This document shows, one piece after another, positions 36,801 through 47,789 of a stretch of 64,000 nt of DNA. Position 1 is the first letter of the stretch. Each line of letters begins with the position of its first letter. The stretch comes from Scyliorhinus canicula. Taxonomy: Eukaryota. The notes beneath the pieces were generated by a model. It had not been told where the DNA came from. It ran no database searches and saw only the letters and a program-made list of their open reading frames with translations. Both the position numbers and the translations under genes were made by a program. The DNA lies in contig NC_052164.1 of the NCBI RefSeq assembly GCF_902713615.1, positions 40,473,091-40,537,090 on the forward strand, written 5' to 3'.

Positions 36801-39800
36801 CCAACAGTCCCTCCTCTGGTGCCTCTGCGTACCTCCTGTCTACCTCCAGCATCTTTCCCACCAGTCTATCCCTCTCGCTCCTCTCGCTGTGTGCCCGGAT
36901 GGGTATCAGGTCCCCAGGAATCACTGCCTTCAGGGCTTCCCAGACCACCCCCACCTGAACCTCCCCCGTATCATTCACCTCGAGGTACCCCTCAATACTT
37001 GCCCGGACCCTCCTACACACCTCCTCCTCTGCCAACAACCGCACATCCAACCGCCACAACGGGCGCTGGTCCCGCACCTCCCCCATCTCCAAGTCTATCC
37101 AATGCGGAGTGTGGCCGGAGATTGCAATGGCCGAATACTCGGCCTCCTCCACTCTTGGAATCAGTCCCCTACTCACCATGAAGAAGTCTATCCGAGAGTA
37201 GACCTGATGCATGTGGGAGAAAAAAGAGCTCTCCCGTGCCCTCGGCCTCACAAACCTCCATGGATCCACCCCACCCATCTGGTCCATAAACCCTCTGAGT
37301 ACCTTGGCCGCCGCTGGCCTCTTACCCATCCTAGAGCTGGACCGATCCAGTGAACGACCCAACACCGTATTGAAGACCCCCCCATGATCAGACCTCCCGT
37401 CTCCAGATTCGGGACCCGTCCCGACATACGCCTCATAAAGCCCGCATCGTCCCAATTTGGGGCATACACACTAGCAAGTACCACCTTCTATCCTTGTAGC
37501 CTGCCCCTAACCATAACATACCTACCCCCCTTATCCGCCACCACCCTCCGATGCCTCAAACGACACATTTTTCCCCACCAGAATCACCACTCCCTGGTTC
37601 TTCACATCCAACCCAGAGTGGAAAACCTGCCCCACACATCCCTTCCTCAGACGGACCTGGTCCGCCACCTTCAGGTGGGTCTCCTGAAGCATTGCCACAT
37701 CTGCCTTTAGCCACTTCAGATGAGCAGGTACCCTTGACCGCTTCACCGGCCCATTCAATCCTCTTGCATTCCAGGTGACCAACCGAATCAGAGGGCGTCC
37801 CGGCCCCCTCCCCCGTCGACTAGCCATAGGCCATCGACTGCCCGCCCCAGGCCAGCACCCCCTGCCCGACCCAGTCCCCACAGCGACAACACCTCACCTC
37901 TGTCCCCCCAGCCCCCACCAGCTCCTTCCTGACCCTACCAGCAGCAACCCGGTATTCCTCTTTCCTCCCCTCCCTTCCCCCCCAGGCTAGGAACCCTCCT
38001 AGCCGTGAACCGTCCTCCATTGTACTTCCGTGGGTCAGCTAACTTCTGCTGACCCCGGAAACTCCCGCCAATAACCCGACCCCTCGCAAAGTGGGATCAT
38101 CCCCCAATCTATCCCTCCTCCAGGCACCGCTCCAGCGCGGGGAAGAACCAGTAAAGGCCCCGCCTCCCCCCGCCATCGTCTCCACCCCCCAGCCCCACAG
38201 CGTGGGAAACCAGAGGAAAGCCCGCGCTTTCACACTGCCCCACCACACCCTTCTGACGCAGCTCCCAAATACCAGCCCCACTCCATACCACCAACCCGAC
38301 ATAGAATACAACAAACCCCCCCCAACCCCCCCCGCAAGATACAAAACTCAAACAATGCCCCACAGCAAAAAAACATAACAGAACAACACCCCCATAAATA
38401 ACCATATCAAAATTGCAAAAGTACAAAAAAAGAGAACACAGCAACAGCAGAATCCAGCAATAAAGTATCACAACCGACCCCGCAACTCCCAACCCCTAGT
38501 TCAAGTCCAGTTTGTCCATCCGCACGAAGGCACACGCCTCCGCCGGGGAATCAAAATAATAATGCCGGTCCGAATAAGTTACCCACAGGCGCGCGGGCTG
38601 CAACATTCCGAACGTTATCTTTTTCTTGCAAAGCACCTCTTTCATCCGATTAAATCCGGACCGCCGCTTAGCCACCTCCGCACTCCAATCCTGGTAGGTC
38701 TGTACTACCCCATTCTCCCAATTGCTGCTCTTCACCTTCTTGGCCCAGCGCAGCACACATTCCCGATCACTGAACCGGTGGAACCTCACCAGCACCGCAC
38801 GCGGGGGTTCATTCTCCTTAGGCCTCCTGGCCAGTACTCTGTGTGCTCCATCCAGCTCCATGGGCAGATGGAAAGACCCGGCCCCCACTAGCGAGTTCAG
38901 CATCGTAGCCACGTAGGTTGTCAGGTCCGACCCCTCCAGCCAGGGCCGGCTCAAGGCACCGGCAACTCGGGCTGTTGCCCGGGGCGCCATGTGCTAGGGG
39001 GCGCCAGACTCGGGTCCCGCGCATGCGCAGTTGGGCCGGCGCCAACCAGCGCATGCGCGGTGGCCGCACTCCCCCAGGGCGGCCCCCCCCCCGGTCCGTC
39101 CCCCCCCCGGTCCGTCCCCTCGGTCCGCCCCCCCGCTCGGTCCGCTCGCCCGCTCGGTCCCCGCCCCCCCCCCCCCCCCTTCGGGTCCGCCCGCCCCACC
39201 CCCCCTCGGGTCCGCCCCCCCCCCCGCCCCCCCCTCGGGTCCGCCCCCCCCTCGGGTCCGCCCCCCCGCCCCGCCCCCCCCTCGGGTCCGCTCCCCCCCT
39301 CGGCCCCGCCCCCCCTCTCGGCCCCGCCCCCCCCGCGGCCCCCTCGGCCCCGCCGCCCCCTCGGCCCCGCCCCCCTCTCGGCCCCGACCCCGCCCCCCCC
39401 CAAGGGCGCCGAAGTTCAGCTTGCCCGGGGCGCCAGCAACCCTAGGGTCGGCGCTGCCTCCAGCCCCTCCGCAAGGCCCAAGATCTGCAGATTTTTCCGC
39501 CTCATGCGGTGATCAAGCTCCTTGAAGCGTTCCTGCCACTTCTTGTGGAGTGCCTCATGTCCCTCCACCTTACTCACGAGGATCCCGGCCTCCTCCTCTC
39601 GTTCAGTGGCCTGCGTCTGCAACTCCTTGATGGCAGCACCCTGGGTCGTCTGAATCTCCGAGAGCCTTCTGTTCGTTTCCTGCAAAGAGCTCAGTACCTC
39701 AGCCTTGAAGCCTGCAAAACAGCACAGGAGAGCAGCTTGTTGCTCCAGGGCCCACTGCTTCCAATCCTCTGGAGCTCCGCCGGCCGCCATCTTGGATTCC

Positions 39801-40017
39801 TTTCCCCATTTTTTCTGGGGAGCTGCTGCCGTTTTTTTCTCCCTTTCCACTCCGAGTTCGAGTCATGGACTGCGGGGAAAGTCGACCAGCACACCTTCTC
39901 CCACCAGGGGACGTCGAAAAATTTCCGTTTTGGGCTCTAAAAAGAGCCGAAAAGTCCGTTTAAAACGGGAGCTCCCAAATGTGCGGCTTCCTACGTCATC
40001 GCCGCCACCGGACGTCC
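33840..40017 (-). mobile_element. Full-length L1-clade LINE, decayed, with a 14-bp TSD
   Basis: TSD CTAGCACGTTAGTT at 33826-33839 and 40018-40031. AATAAA and an A-rich tail are on the minus strand at 33840-33860. ORF1 (RRKNLQILGLAEG...AHRV...PRAVLVRF...YQDWS) spans ~39790-38496. ORF2 has WNARGL, QETHL, YAPN, KAPGPDG, DAEKAFD, RQGCPLS, YADD and a C-terminal Cys/His region, with several frameshifts. Confidence 0.95.
38941..39456. mobile_element. Non-autonomous hAT-type MITE with a GC-rich internal minisatellite, inserted in L1 ORF1
   Basis: 8-bp TSD CCTCCAGC (38933-38940 and 39457-39464). Imperfect TIRs CAGGGCCGGCTCAAGG / CAGCGCCGACCCTAGG (12/16). Removing it restores ORF1 LAEGLEGSD. Confidence 0.85.
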
Positions 40018-41219
40018 CTAGCACGTTAGTTAAGTATGATTTCCCCTTTAGAAATCCTTGCTGGCTATTCCTAATCAAGCCACATTTTTCCATGTGACTA
40101 CTAATTCTATCCTGAATAATAGTTTCTAGAAGCTTCCCCACCACTGAGTTAAGCTGACTGGTAATTTTCCAGTCCTCAGGCACCTCCCGTGAGTCAAGAG
40201 AAGATTGGAGGAATATGACCAGTGCCCCTGCAATCTCCAATCTCATTTCATTCATTATGCTTGGATGCGCCTCATCTGGACCAGATGCCTCGCCAACTTT
40301 AAGTAGCAACATTTTATTCAACACTTCCTCCTTATCAATTCTGAACCTGACTAGTGACAAAGTTAACTTCTCTGTCAACATAGTCTGGATAATATCTACC
40401 TCTTGGTAAAGGCAGATGCAAAGTATTCATTTAATACCTCAGCCAAGTTCCCCGCCTCCTTGTTTAAATTCCCTTTTCGGTCATTAATTGGTCCTATTAC
40501 TCCTTTTACTATATATATCCTTATAGAAGGCTTTAGGAGTCCCCGTTATATTGACAACCAATCTTTTCTCATAATCCCTTTTTGTTTCTCTAATGGGCTT
40601 TTTCATCTCCCCTCTGAACCTTCTGTGTTCCTCTTGGGTCTCAATTGCATTTTCTACCAGACACCTGTCATCAGCACACTTTATCTTCTTTACATTAATT
40701 TCTATTTCCTTTTTATCCAGAGAGTTCTGGAAAGGGATACTTTTCCCTTTTAAGGGAATATACCTTGATTGTGCCTGAACCACTTCTTTTTTGATGGCAG
40801 CCCATTATTCAGTTTTATCAGCCAACGTTTTGTTGTAGTCTAATTGGCCCATTCCGTTCTTGTCCCGTTGAAGTTGGTTCCCCAGTTAATTATTTTTACT
40901 CTGGATTGCCCATTGTTCTTTTGTATCATCATCCTATACCTTATGGTACAATGATCACCATCTCCTAAATATTCCCCACTGCCACTTGATCTACTTGGCC
41001 CACCTCCTTTCCAAAAGCCAGTTCCAATATTGCATCCTTTCCTCTTGTCCTGAACACATTCTGCTATAGAAAACTATCCTGAACACAATTTGGAACTTTT
41101 GCCTCCCGCCTCCCTTTACACCATCATGTCCCAGTCTACATTTGGATAATTAAAGTCCCCTATTATAACTGCTCTAATATCTGCATTTCTGTGTAGTTTC
41201 CCTGCAGATTTGATCATCT
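40018..41219 (-). mobile_element. Old CR1 ORF2 fragment (host element, endonuclease to RT start)
   Basis: ASGPD...PEDWK...VVGKLLETII...QQGFLKGKSYLTNV on the minus strand. The sequence resumes after 45440. Confidence 0.75.
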
Positions 41220-41360
41220 TGTTACTCTGTTTCGGTCCCAACAGCGCCGCCAATACTGTGGGTATTTCTATTGATCTTAGTGAACCACAAGCCTTCCCTT
41301 AGATCGATCAAATGACCACACAACTAGTTAGTTAGATCAAAAGATGATTTATTTACATAC

Positions 41361-44300
41361 TGTGGTGAATTCATACTGCATTGTAATTCACACTGTATTG
41401 CATTGCATTGTATTATGTCCTTGTGGGCTCTGTATGTGAACCGTTGCGTGGCTCTGCCCATAGGGGGAGATGAGGAGCTTGTACGGGGCTCCACCCTTGG
41501 CTCCACCCATGGCTCCGCCCATGGCTCCTCCACTACCGGAAGTATAAAGTGCTGCAGCCGTAAGCCTGTTCTCAGTTTCTCTGGTCGCAGGCAGGCTCAG
41601 TTGTAAGATTATTAAATCCACAGTTTACTTCCAATCGTGTGTCTAGTGAATTGATGGTCACATCAATTTAATAGTCTTAGAAAACTTGAAGAAAACTACT
41701 ATGGAATCGGCCCTCAAACCTGATCGACTAGAACTCGACCCACAGGCTGCAGAGGCGAAGGAAATCTTCCTACACTGGCTTCGATGTTTCAAGGCCTACC
41801 TGGCTGAATTAAGCACATCCAAAACTACAGAGAAGCAGAAACTCAGCCTACTGCATGCACGGTTGAGCCATCATATCTCTACGCAACTCAATTGTACCAC
41901 CTCATATACAGAGGCACTGGCTATGCTTGACCGATTGTACGTGCGGCCGATTAACGAGGTCTACGCGCGGCACATTTTCACAACCCGCCGCCAGTGCCCC
42001 GCAGAGTCGCTGGAAGACTTCCTGCGTGACTTAAAAGCCCTTGCTCGGGACTGCAATTTTCAGGCTGTAACGGCCTCCCAACACATGGAACTCGCTGTCC
42101 GTGATGTATATGTTGCAGGGCTCAGGTCTAACTATGTGTGCCAGCGACTACTTGAAAAAGGGGCCCAGAACATGGAGGACACTGTAAAGTTAGCTACGAC
42201 TATGGAGATCGCATTCCGCAGTCTGAACTCATTCCCCGCGGACCAAGCGACCCCATCGGGGGCCCCCGACCAGGTCTGCGCCGCGCGGCCACCCACCCAC
42301 TACGGAGCACCAGCGTGCCATTTTTGTTGCCAGACCCAACACACACGGCAGCACTGCCCGGCCCACAACGCGACCTGCAGCAGCTGAGGTCGCAAAGGAC
42401 ACTATGCCCAGGTCTGCCTGGCAAAATCTAAACTTTCTAACTCCCCCGCAGTCCAGAGCACTCGCCTCCCAAACTCGCAGGACCGCAGACCCCGTAATGC
42501 TGCAGCGTGTCTGCCGACTCCGCCTCCTCCCGACACGTGCGACTCATGGGGGCCGCCATCTTGGCAATCCTCCCCCACGCGGCCGGCCAAGTTCGAGTCA
42601 TGGGGGCCGCCATCTTGGACGCCATCTCCTTCGCCGCCCGCCACGTGCGATCCATGGGGCGGCCATCTTGGACTCCATCTTCTTCATCACCCGCCATGTG
42701 CGATCAACGGGGGCCACCATCTTGGCCATCAACCGAACCGAACCTCAACGACTACGACCTCAGCGGACAGTCATCATGGGGCCATTCCAGCACTGCTGAT
42801 TGAGCCGCCGACTACCCGCAACTCAACGCAGTCACGCTGGACCAGACGCGTCCGAAGCACCTCCAGAGCTCGATGATGTCTGTTAAAATCAACGGGTACA
42901 GGACACCGTGCCTCTTCGACTCCGGGAGTACCGTGAGCTTTGTACATCCTGACCTGGTAAGACGCTGTTCACTCCCTATCTTACCTGCATGGCAAACTAT
43001 CTCCCTTGCCTCAGGCTCGCACTCAGTCCACATACAAGGGCACACCGTTGCGACCCTAACGATTTAGGGTGCCAGCTACTCTAATTTCCAGTTGTATGTA
43101 CTCCCCAAACTCTGCACCCCACTCTTACTTGGGCTCGATTTCCAATGCAACCTGAAGAGCCTCACACTCAGCTTCGGCGGACCCCTACCTCCACTCACTA
43201 TCTGCAGTCTAGCGACTCTGAAAATCGATCCCCCTCCACTCTTTGCTAATCTCGCGGCTAATTGCAAACCCGTAGCCACTCACAGCAGGCGGTATAGCCT
43301 GCAGGACAGGGTATTTATTAGAACCGAGGTCCAGCGGCTCCTACGTGAGGGAGTCATAGAAGCCAGTAACAGCCCCTGGAGAGGTCAGGTGGTGGTCGGC
43401 AAGACCGAGGAAAAGTTCCGAATGGTAGTCGATTATAGCCAAAGCATGAACCGGATCACGCACCTCGATGCGTACCCCCTCCCCAGAATTGCAGACGTGG
43501 TCAATCAGATCGCACAGTACCGCATATTATCCACGGTGGATCTGAAGTCTGCTTACCACCAGTTCCCAATCCGCCTGGAGGATCGCCACTACAGCACGGT
43601 AGCATGGTGGTTAGCATAAATGCTTCACAGCTCCAGGGTCCCAGGTTCAGTTCCCAGCTGGGTCACTGTCTGTGCGGAGTCTGCACGTCCTCCCCGTGTG
43701 TGCGTGGGTTTCCTCCGGGTGCTCCGGTTTCCTCCCACAGTCCAAAGATGTGCGGGTTAGGTGGATCGGCCATGCTAAATTGCCCGTAGTGTCCTAAAAG
43801 TAAGGTGGGGGGGGGGGGGGTTGTTGGGTTACGGGTATAGGGTGGATATGTGGGTTTGAGTAAGGTGATAATTGCTCGGCACAACATCGAGGGCCGAAGG
43901 GCCTGTTCTGCGCTGTACTGTTCTATGTTCTATGTACACGGCAGACAGCCGCCTCTTACACTTCCTCCGGGTCCCCTTCGGCATCACGAATGGGGTCTCT
44001 ATGTTCCAACGAACAATGGACCGAATGGTGGACCAGTACAGACTGCGGGCCACGTTTCCGTACTTGGGCAATGTCACCATCTGCGGCCATGATCAACAGG
44101 ACCACGACGCAAACCTCCACCGATTTCTCCAAACCGCCCAGAAACTCAAACTCACTTACAATATGGAGAAATGAGTTTTCCGCACTACCAGACTAGCCAT
44201 CCTCGGCTATGTCATGGAAAATGGAGTCCTGGGCCCCGACCTGGGCCGTATGCCCCCTCTTACAACTCCCTCTTCCCCATTGTCCCAGGGCCCTCAAGAG

Positions 44301-44778
44301 GTGCCTGGGATTTTTCTCTTATTATGCCCAGTGGGTCCCCCAGTATGCGGACAAAGCCCACCCACTATTTAAGACCACCCGAAGCGGCTGCAACCCCGGT
44401 GCTCCGCCGATCCCAAAGGACGACTCGGCCACCGGACTGACTCAACTTGTAAACCTGTCACCCCCGCCAGACTTGATTTTTTTTACAGGGGGTGAATGTG
44501 GTGAATTCATACGGCATTGTAATTCACACTGTATTGCATTGCATTGTATTATGTCCTTGTGGGCTCTGTATGTGAGCCGTTGAGCGGCTCTGCCCATAGC
44601 GGGAGACGAGGAGCTTGTACAGGGCTCCACCCATGGCTCCTCCCACTACCGGAAGTATAGAGTGCTGCAGCCGTAAGCCTGCTCTCAGTTCCTCTGGTCG
44701 CAGGCAGGCTCAGTTGTAAGACTATTAAAACAACAGTTTACTTCCAATCGTGCCTCTAGTGAATTGATGGTCACATCA
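41361..44778 (+). mobile_element. Ty3/Gypsy LTR retrotransposon, internally deleted (no integrase)
   Basis: LTRs at 41361-41665 and 44497-44778 (TG...CA), TSD CATAC, PPT acagggggtgaa. Gag starts at 41701 with two CCHC knuckles; protease LFDSGS; RT motifs SNSPW, VDY, DAYPLP, VDLKSAYHQ and PFG. The sequence jumps to the PPT shortly after RT. Confidence 0.93.
43594..43934 (+). mobile_element. Full-length HE1-like V-SINE inserted in the Gypsy RT
   Basis: tRNA-like head, V-domain and CR1-type tail gggccgaagggcctgttctgcgctgtactgttctatgttctatg. TACA flanks both ends, and excision restores DRHYTADSRLLHFLRVPFG. Confidence 0.9.
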
Positions 44779-45593
44779 CATACGCAAGAGTTATCTCAAC
44801 ATGCCAACACAATATCTACTACGAGGTAAACTACACCTATCAGCTACAATAACCTATACTTAACTTCAGGGCGACCTGCACTGTGCAAATGGATAAGGCC
44901 TTTATCGGATTTCACCTGGCTGGTTCGAAGAAAGTGGCTTTGTCTCTGTTGGGCTCATCCATCAGGTAGCAATTGTTGGTCTTGAACTTAGCTGGCTGTT
45001 CCTGTCGGCACAGGCCGGATCAAAAAGAGACAGAACACATGGCTGTGTCCTCTTTTATCCCTCTGGGATTTCGGGCTCTTTGGAGCGGTCGTGATCCTTG
45101 GACCCAATAGTTCGACAGGACTCTGATCACTCTCTTCGATTTCAGGCAATAATGGGGTGGATGCCTTGGTAGCTGGGTGGGTCCTTAGCGATCATTGACC
45201 TTGGCAGTTGGGCTTTCTGAGTATGGGGAGTGGCGGCAATCAGTCTGTGGCTGTACCAGTTGCTTGATTGGAGTTCTATTGTCCTGGGAAAATGGGCCAT
45301 TAAAATGCAAATGAGTGGGTTTCGATCAGGTCCGGTTACCTGTGTTTTAGATACACATAGGCTGTGTATCTGTCTGAGTCCTGGATTGGCCATAATTCCC
45401 ATGGTCCTTTGCAGGTGATCATGTTAGATGGCTACAATCTGCATCCTTCCACCAGTTGGCAGTTGAGAGATTACATTGAGCAATGTAATTGCACCATTTT
45501 TGTTCCTTAGCTCTTGCCAAATAAATTCTGTCTTTGAATCCTCACAATTTTTAAAAAGTACTTGGATGGGTACCTGAAATGTCAAATCATTCA

Positions 45594-45945
45594 AGGCTAT
45601 AGGCCAAGCACTGGGAAGTGGTATCTGTGTAAATTAGAGAAGGGTGTTTTTTTTGTCTATGCGGACTCGATGGGCTGAAGACCTCTTCTGTGCTGTATGA
45701 TCCTATGATTCTAATATTGAACAACCAGACCTGTCCTTCCTTGAGCCAAGTTTCGGTTAATGTCACTACATCCTGGCTGGAATTCTCCATCTGTTTGCTG
45801 GCGACAGATTTCTCTCTGTTCAATATTAGAATCATAGAATCATACAGCACAGAAGAAGTCTTCAGCCCATCGAGTCTGCATAGACAAAAAAACACCCTTC
45901 TCTAATCTACACAGATACCACTTCCCAGTGCTTGGCCTATAGCCT
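45594..45945. repeat. ~130 bp inverted repeat of a CR1-type 3' end with a 93-bp spacer
   Basis: 45594-45723 is the reverse complement of 45817-45945 with few mismatches. Confidence 0.85.
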
Positions 45946-46819
45946 GAGGGTTTCCTGGTGCCATTCCCCAGCTTCAATGGGAAATCTCATTGGCCACCAG
46001 CAAATTTCACTTCGCCACTCACTGCCAAAAAACACATGGCTAGGAGGCAGAAGAATCACATCCTACAGGCACGATCTCCCAGCCACATTGTGCCTGAAAG
46101 TAGCGCGCCATGATGCAACATGGACATAGATGCAGGGGGACACTGCTCCCAGGATCTACCCAGCTCGTTATGCCTCGCAAGATCAGACAGCTAGTCTCAC
46201 TCTAATATACATTCCCTGAAGTAATTGAGCTTTAGTTTCTATTTCCTTCTCCTCAGAGACCTTGGGTAAGTGCCATTCTGTATTGGTCTCCACAAACAGG
46301 CAGCAGGCAGAATGGAACTCGTGGGTGTCTCCACAGTGATTGGAAGCACCCAGGTGCTTGCCCTCTAGGCAGAGTGGCAGCCTGACACTGCTGGTGCCAG
46401 CCTAACACCTTGGTATTGCAAACCTAGCACCCAGGCACTGCCAGCCTGGCAAATCGAGCCCTGGGGCTGTAATGTGCACATGAGGTGGGGTGTGGCGTGT
46501 CCTCCGGCCTCCTTATAGGTGAGTTGGGGCTTTGGGGGGGGCGGGGGGGGGGGGGTGTTTAGGGGTTGTATCATTCGAAAATGGCGTCTCGGTCTATCCC
46601 TACACTGAGGAGTTCCAGTGAGCGGGGCACCTCACTGCAGAAAATTAGACTAAGTGTAGCCTCATCCATGCATTCCCCACTGAGGCCCTCTTTTTAACCA
46701 GAGCTGCTTTAGATAGTGTTGTGTTTCTCGGCGCTGCAAGGACCAGGAAACAGGTGGCTAAACGCGCTCACTATATGATTCTGTTCCCATTTGGCAGTTC
46801 GGGCCCTTTTCCTAAATTT

Positions 46820-47297
46820 TTTATTCATTAACCGGATGTGGGCGCTGCTGGCTAGGCAGCATTTATTAACCATACCTGGTTGCCCTTCAGAAGATGGTGG
46901 TGAGTTGCTTTCTTGAACAGCTGCAGTCCTTGAAGTGTAAGTGTACCCACTCTGCTGATCGGGAGAGAGTTCCAGGATGTTGTCCCAGCGACAGTGAAGG
47001 AACGGCGATATAATTTCAAGTCAGGGTGGTGAGCGACTTGGGAGGGGAACCTCCAGGTGGTGGGGTTCCCAAGTATCTGCTGCTCTTGTCCTTCTAGATG
47101 GTAGTGGTTGTGGATTTGGAAGGTGCTGTTTAAGGAACGGTAGATAGAAGCTCGTGAGTTCTGCAGTGCATCTTGTAGATGGTACACACGGCTGTCACTG
47201 TTCGTCGGTAGTGGACGGATTGAATGCTTGTGGAAGGGGGAGCAATCAAGCAGGCTGCTTTGTCCTGGATGGTGTCAAGCTTCGAGAGCGCTGGTGG
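46820..47297 (-). mobile_element. CR1/L2-like LINE 3' fragment
   Basis: KLDTIQDKAACLI...AVCTIYKMHC...RRSFTVAGTTSWNSLP, typical of a CR1/L2 ORF2 C-terminus. Confidence 0.7.
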
Positions 47298-47789
47298 AGA
47301 AATCTGTACCTGAAACTCCCCAGTTGTATTTGCTACATTCTGTGCATTCACATACATGCACAGTAACCCTGAATCAGATATCATTACTTTCTCCCTTACT
47401 ACAATCACCTATCAACTCACTATTCTCTACGCTAGTGCTTTCTGTCTCCCAGTGTTTTGTGCATCCTGGTATTCATCTCTGGTATTTCCACTTTGTTCCC
47501 ACACCCCTGTTGAGTTTATTCAAAGCCCTCCTGACAGCACATGCGAAACATCCCAAAGGAGCATGGGCAAGGAACTCAGGTGTAACCTGTCTGGTTTGTA
47601 CAGGTGCCATCTCCATCAGAGCCAGTCCTGATTTCCCTGGAATATAAAGCTGTCCCTCCTGCACCATCTTTCCAACAACACATTCTTCTGCCTTATCCTC
47701 CTATTTCTGCACTCACTTTTAACTAAAAATTGATTATCGGAATTGTGGAAAGGAATTGTGAGGGGCTGGTGATCTGGAGGAGGACCGTG

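Larger units (their letters stand above)
41220..45436 (-). mobile_element. Solo LTR (~790 bp: 41220-41360 plus 44784-45436) interrupted by a Gypsy element
   Basis: TG...CA termini with 4-bp TSD ATCT (41216-41219 and 45437-45440). Minus-strand TATA-like GATAAAAG near 45052-45059 and AATAAA near 41348-41353. The flanks rejoin as CR1 sequence. Confidence 0.7.

Noticed and set aside
38918-39525. Pro/Gly/Arg-rich ORFs in several frames
   Set aside because: Artefacts of the stop-poor GC minisatellite inside the MITE.
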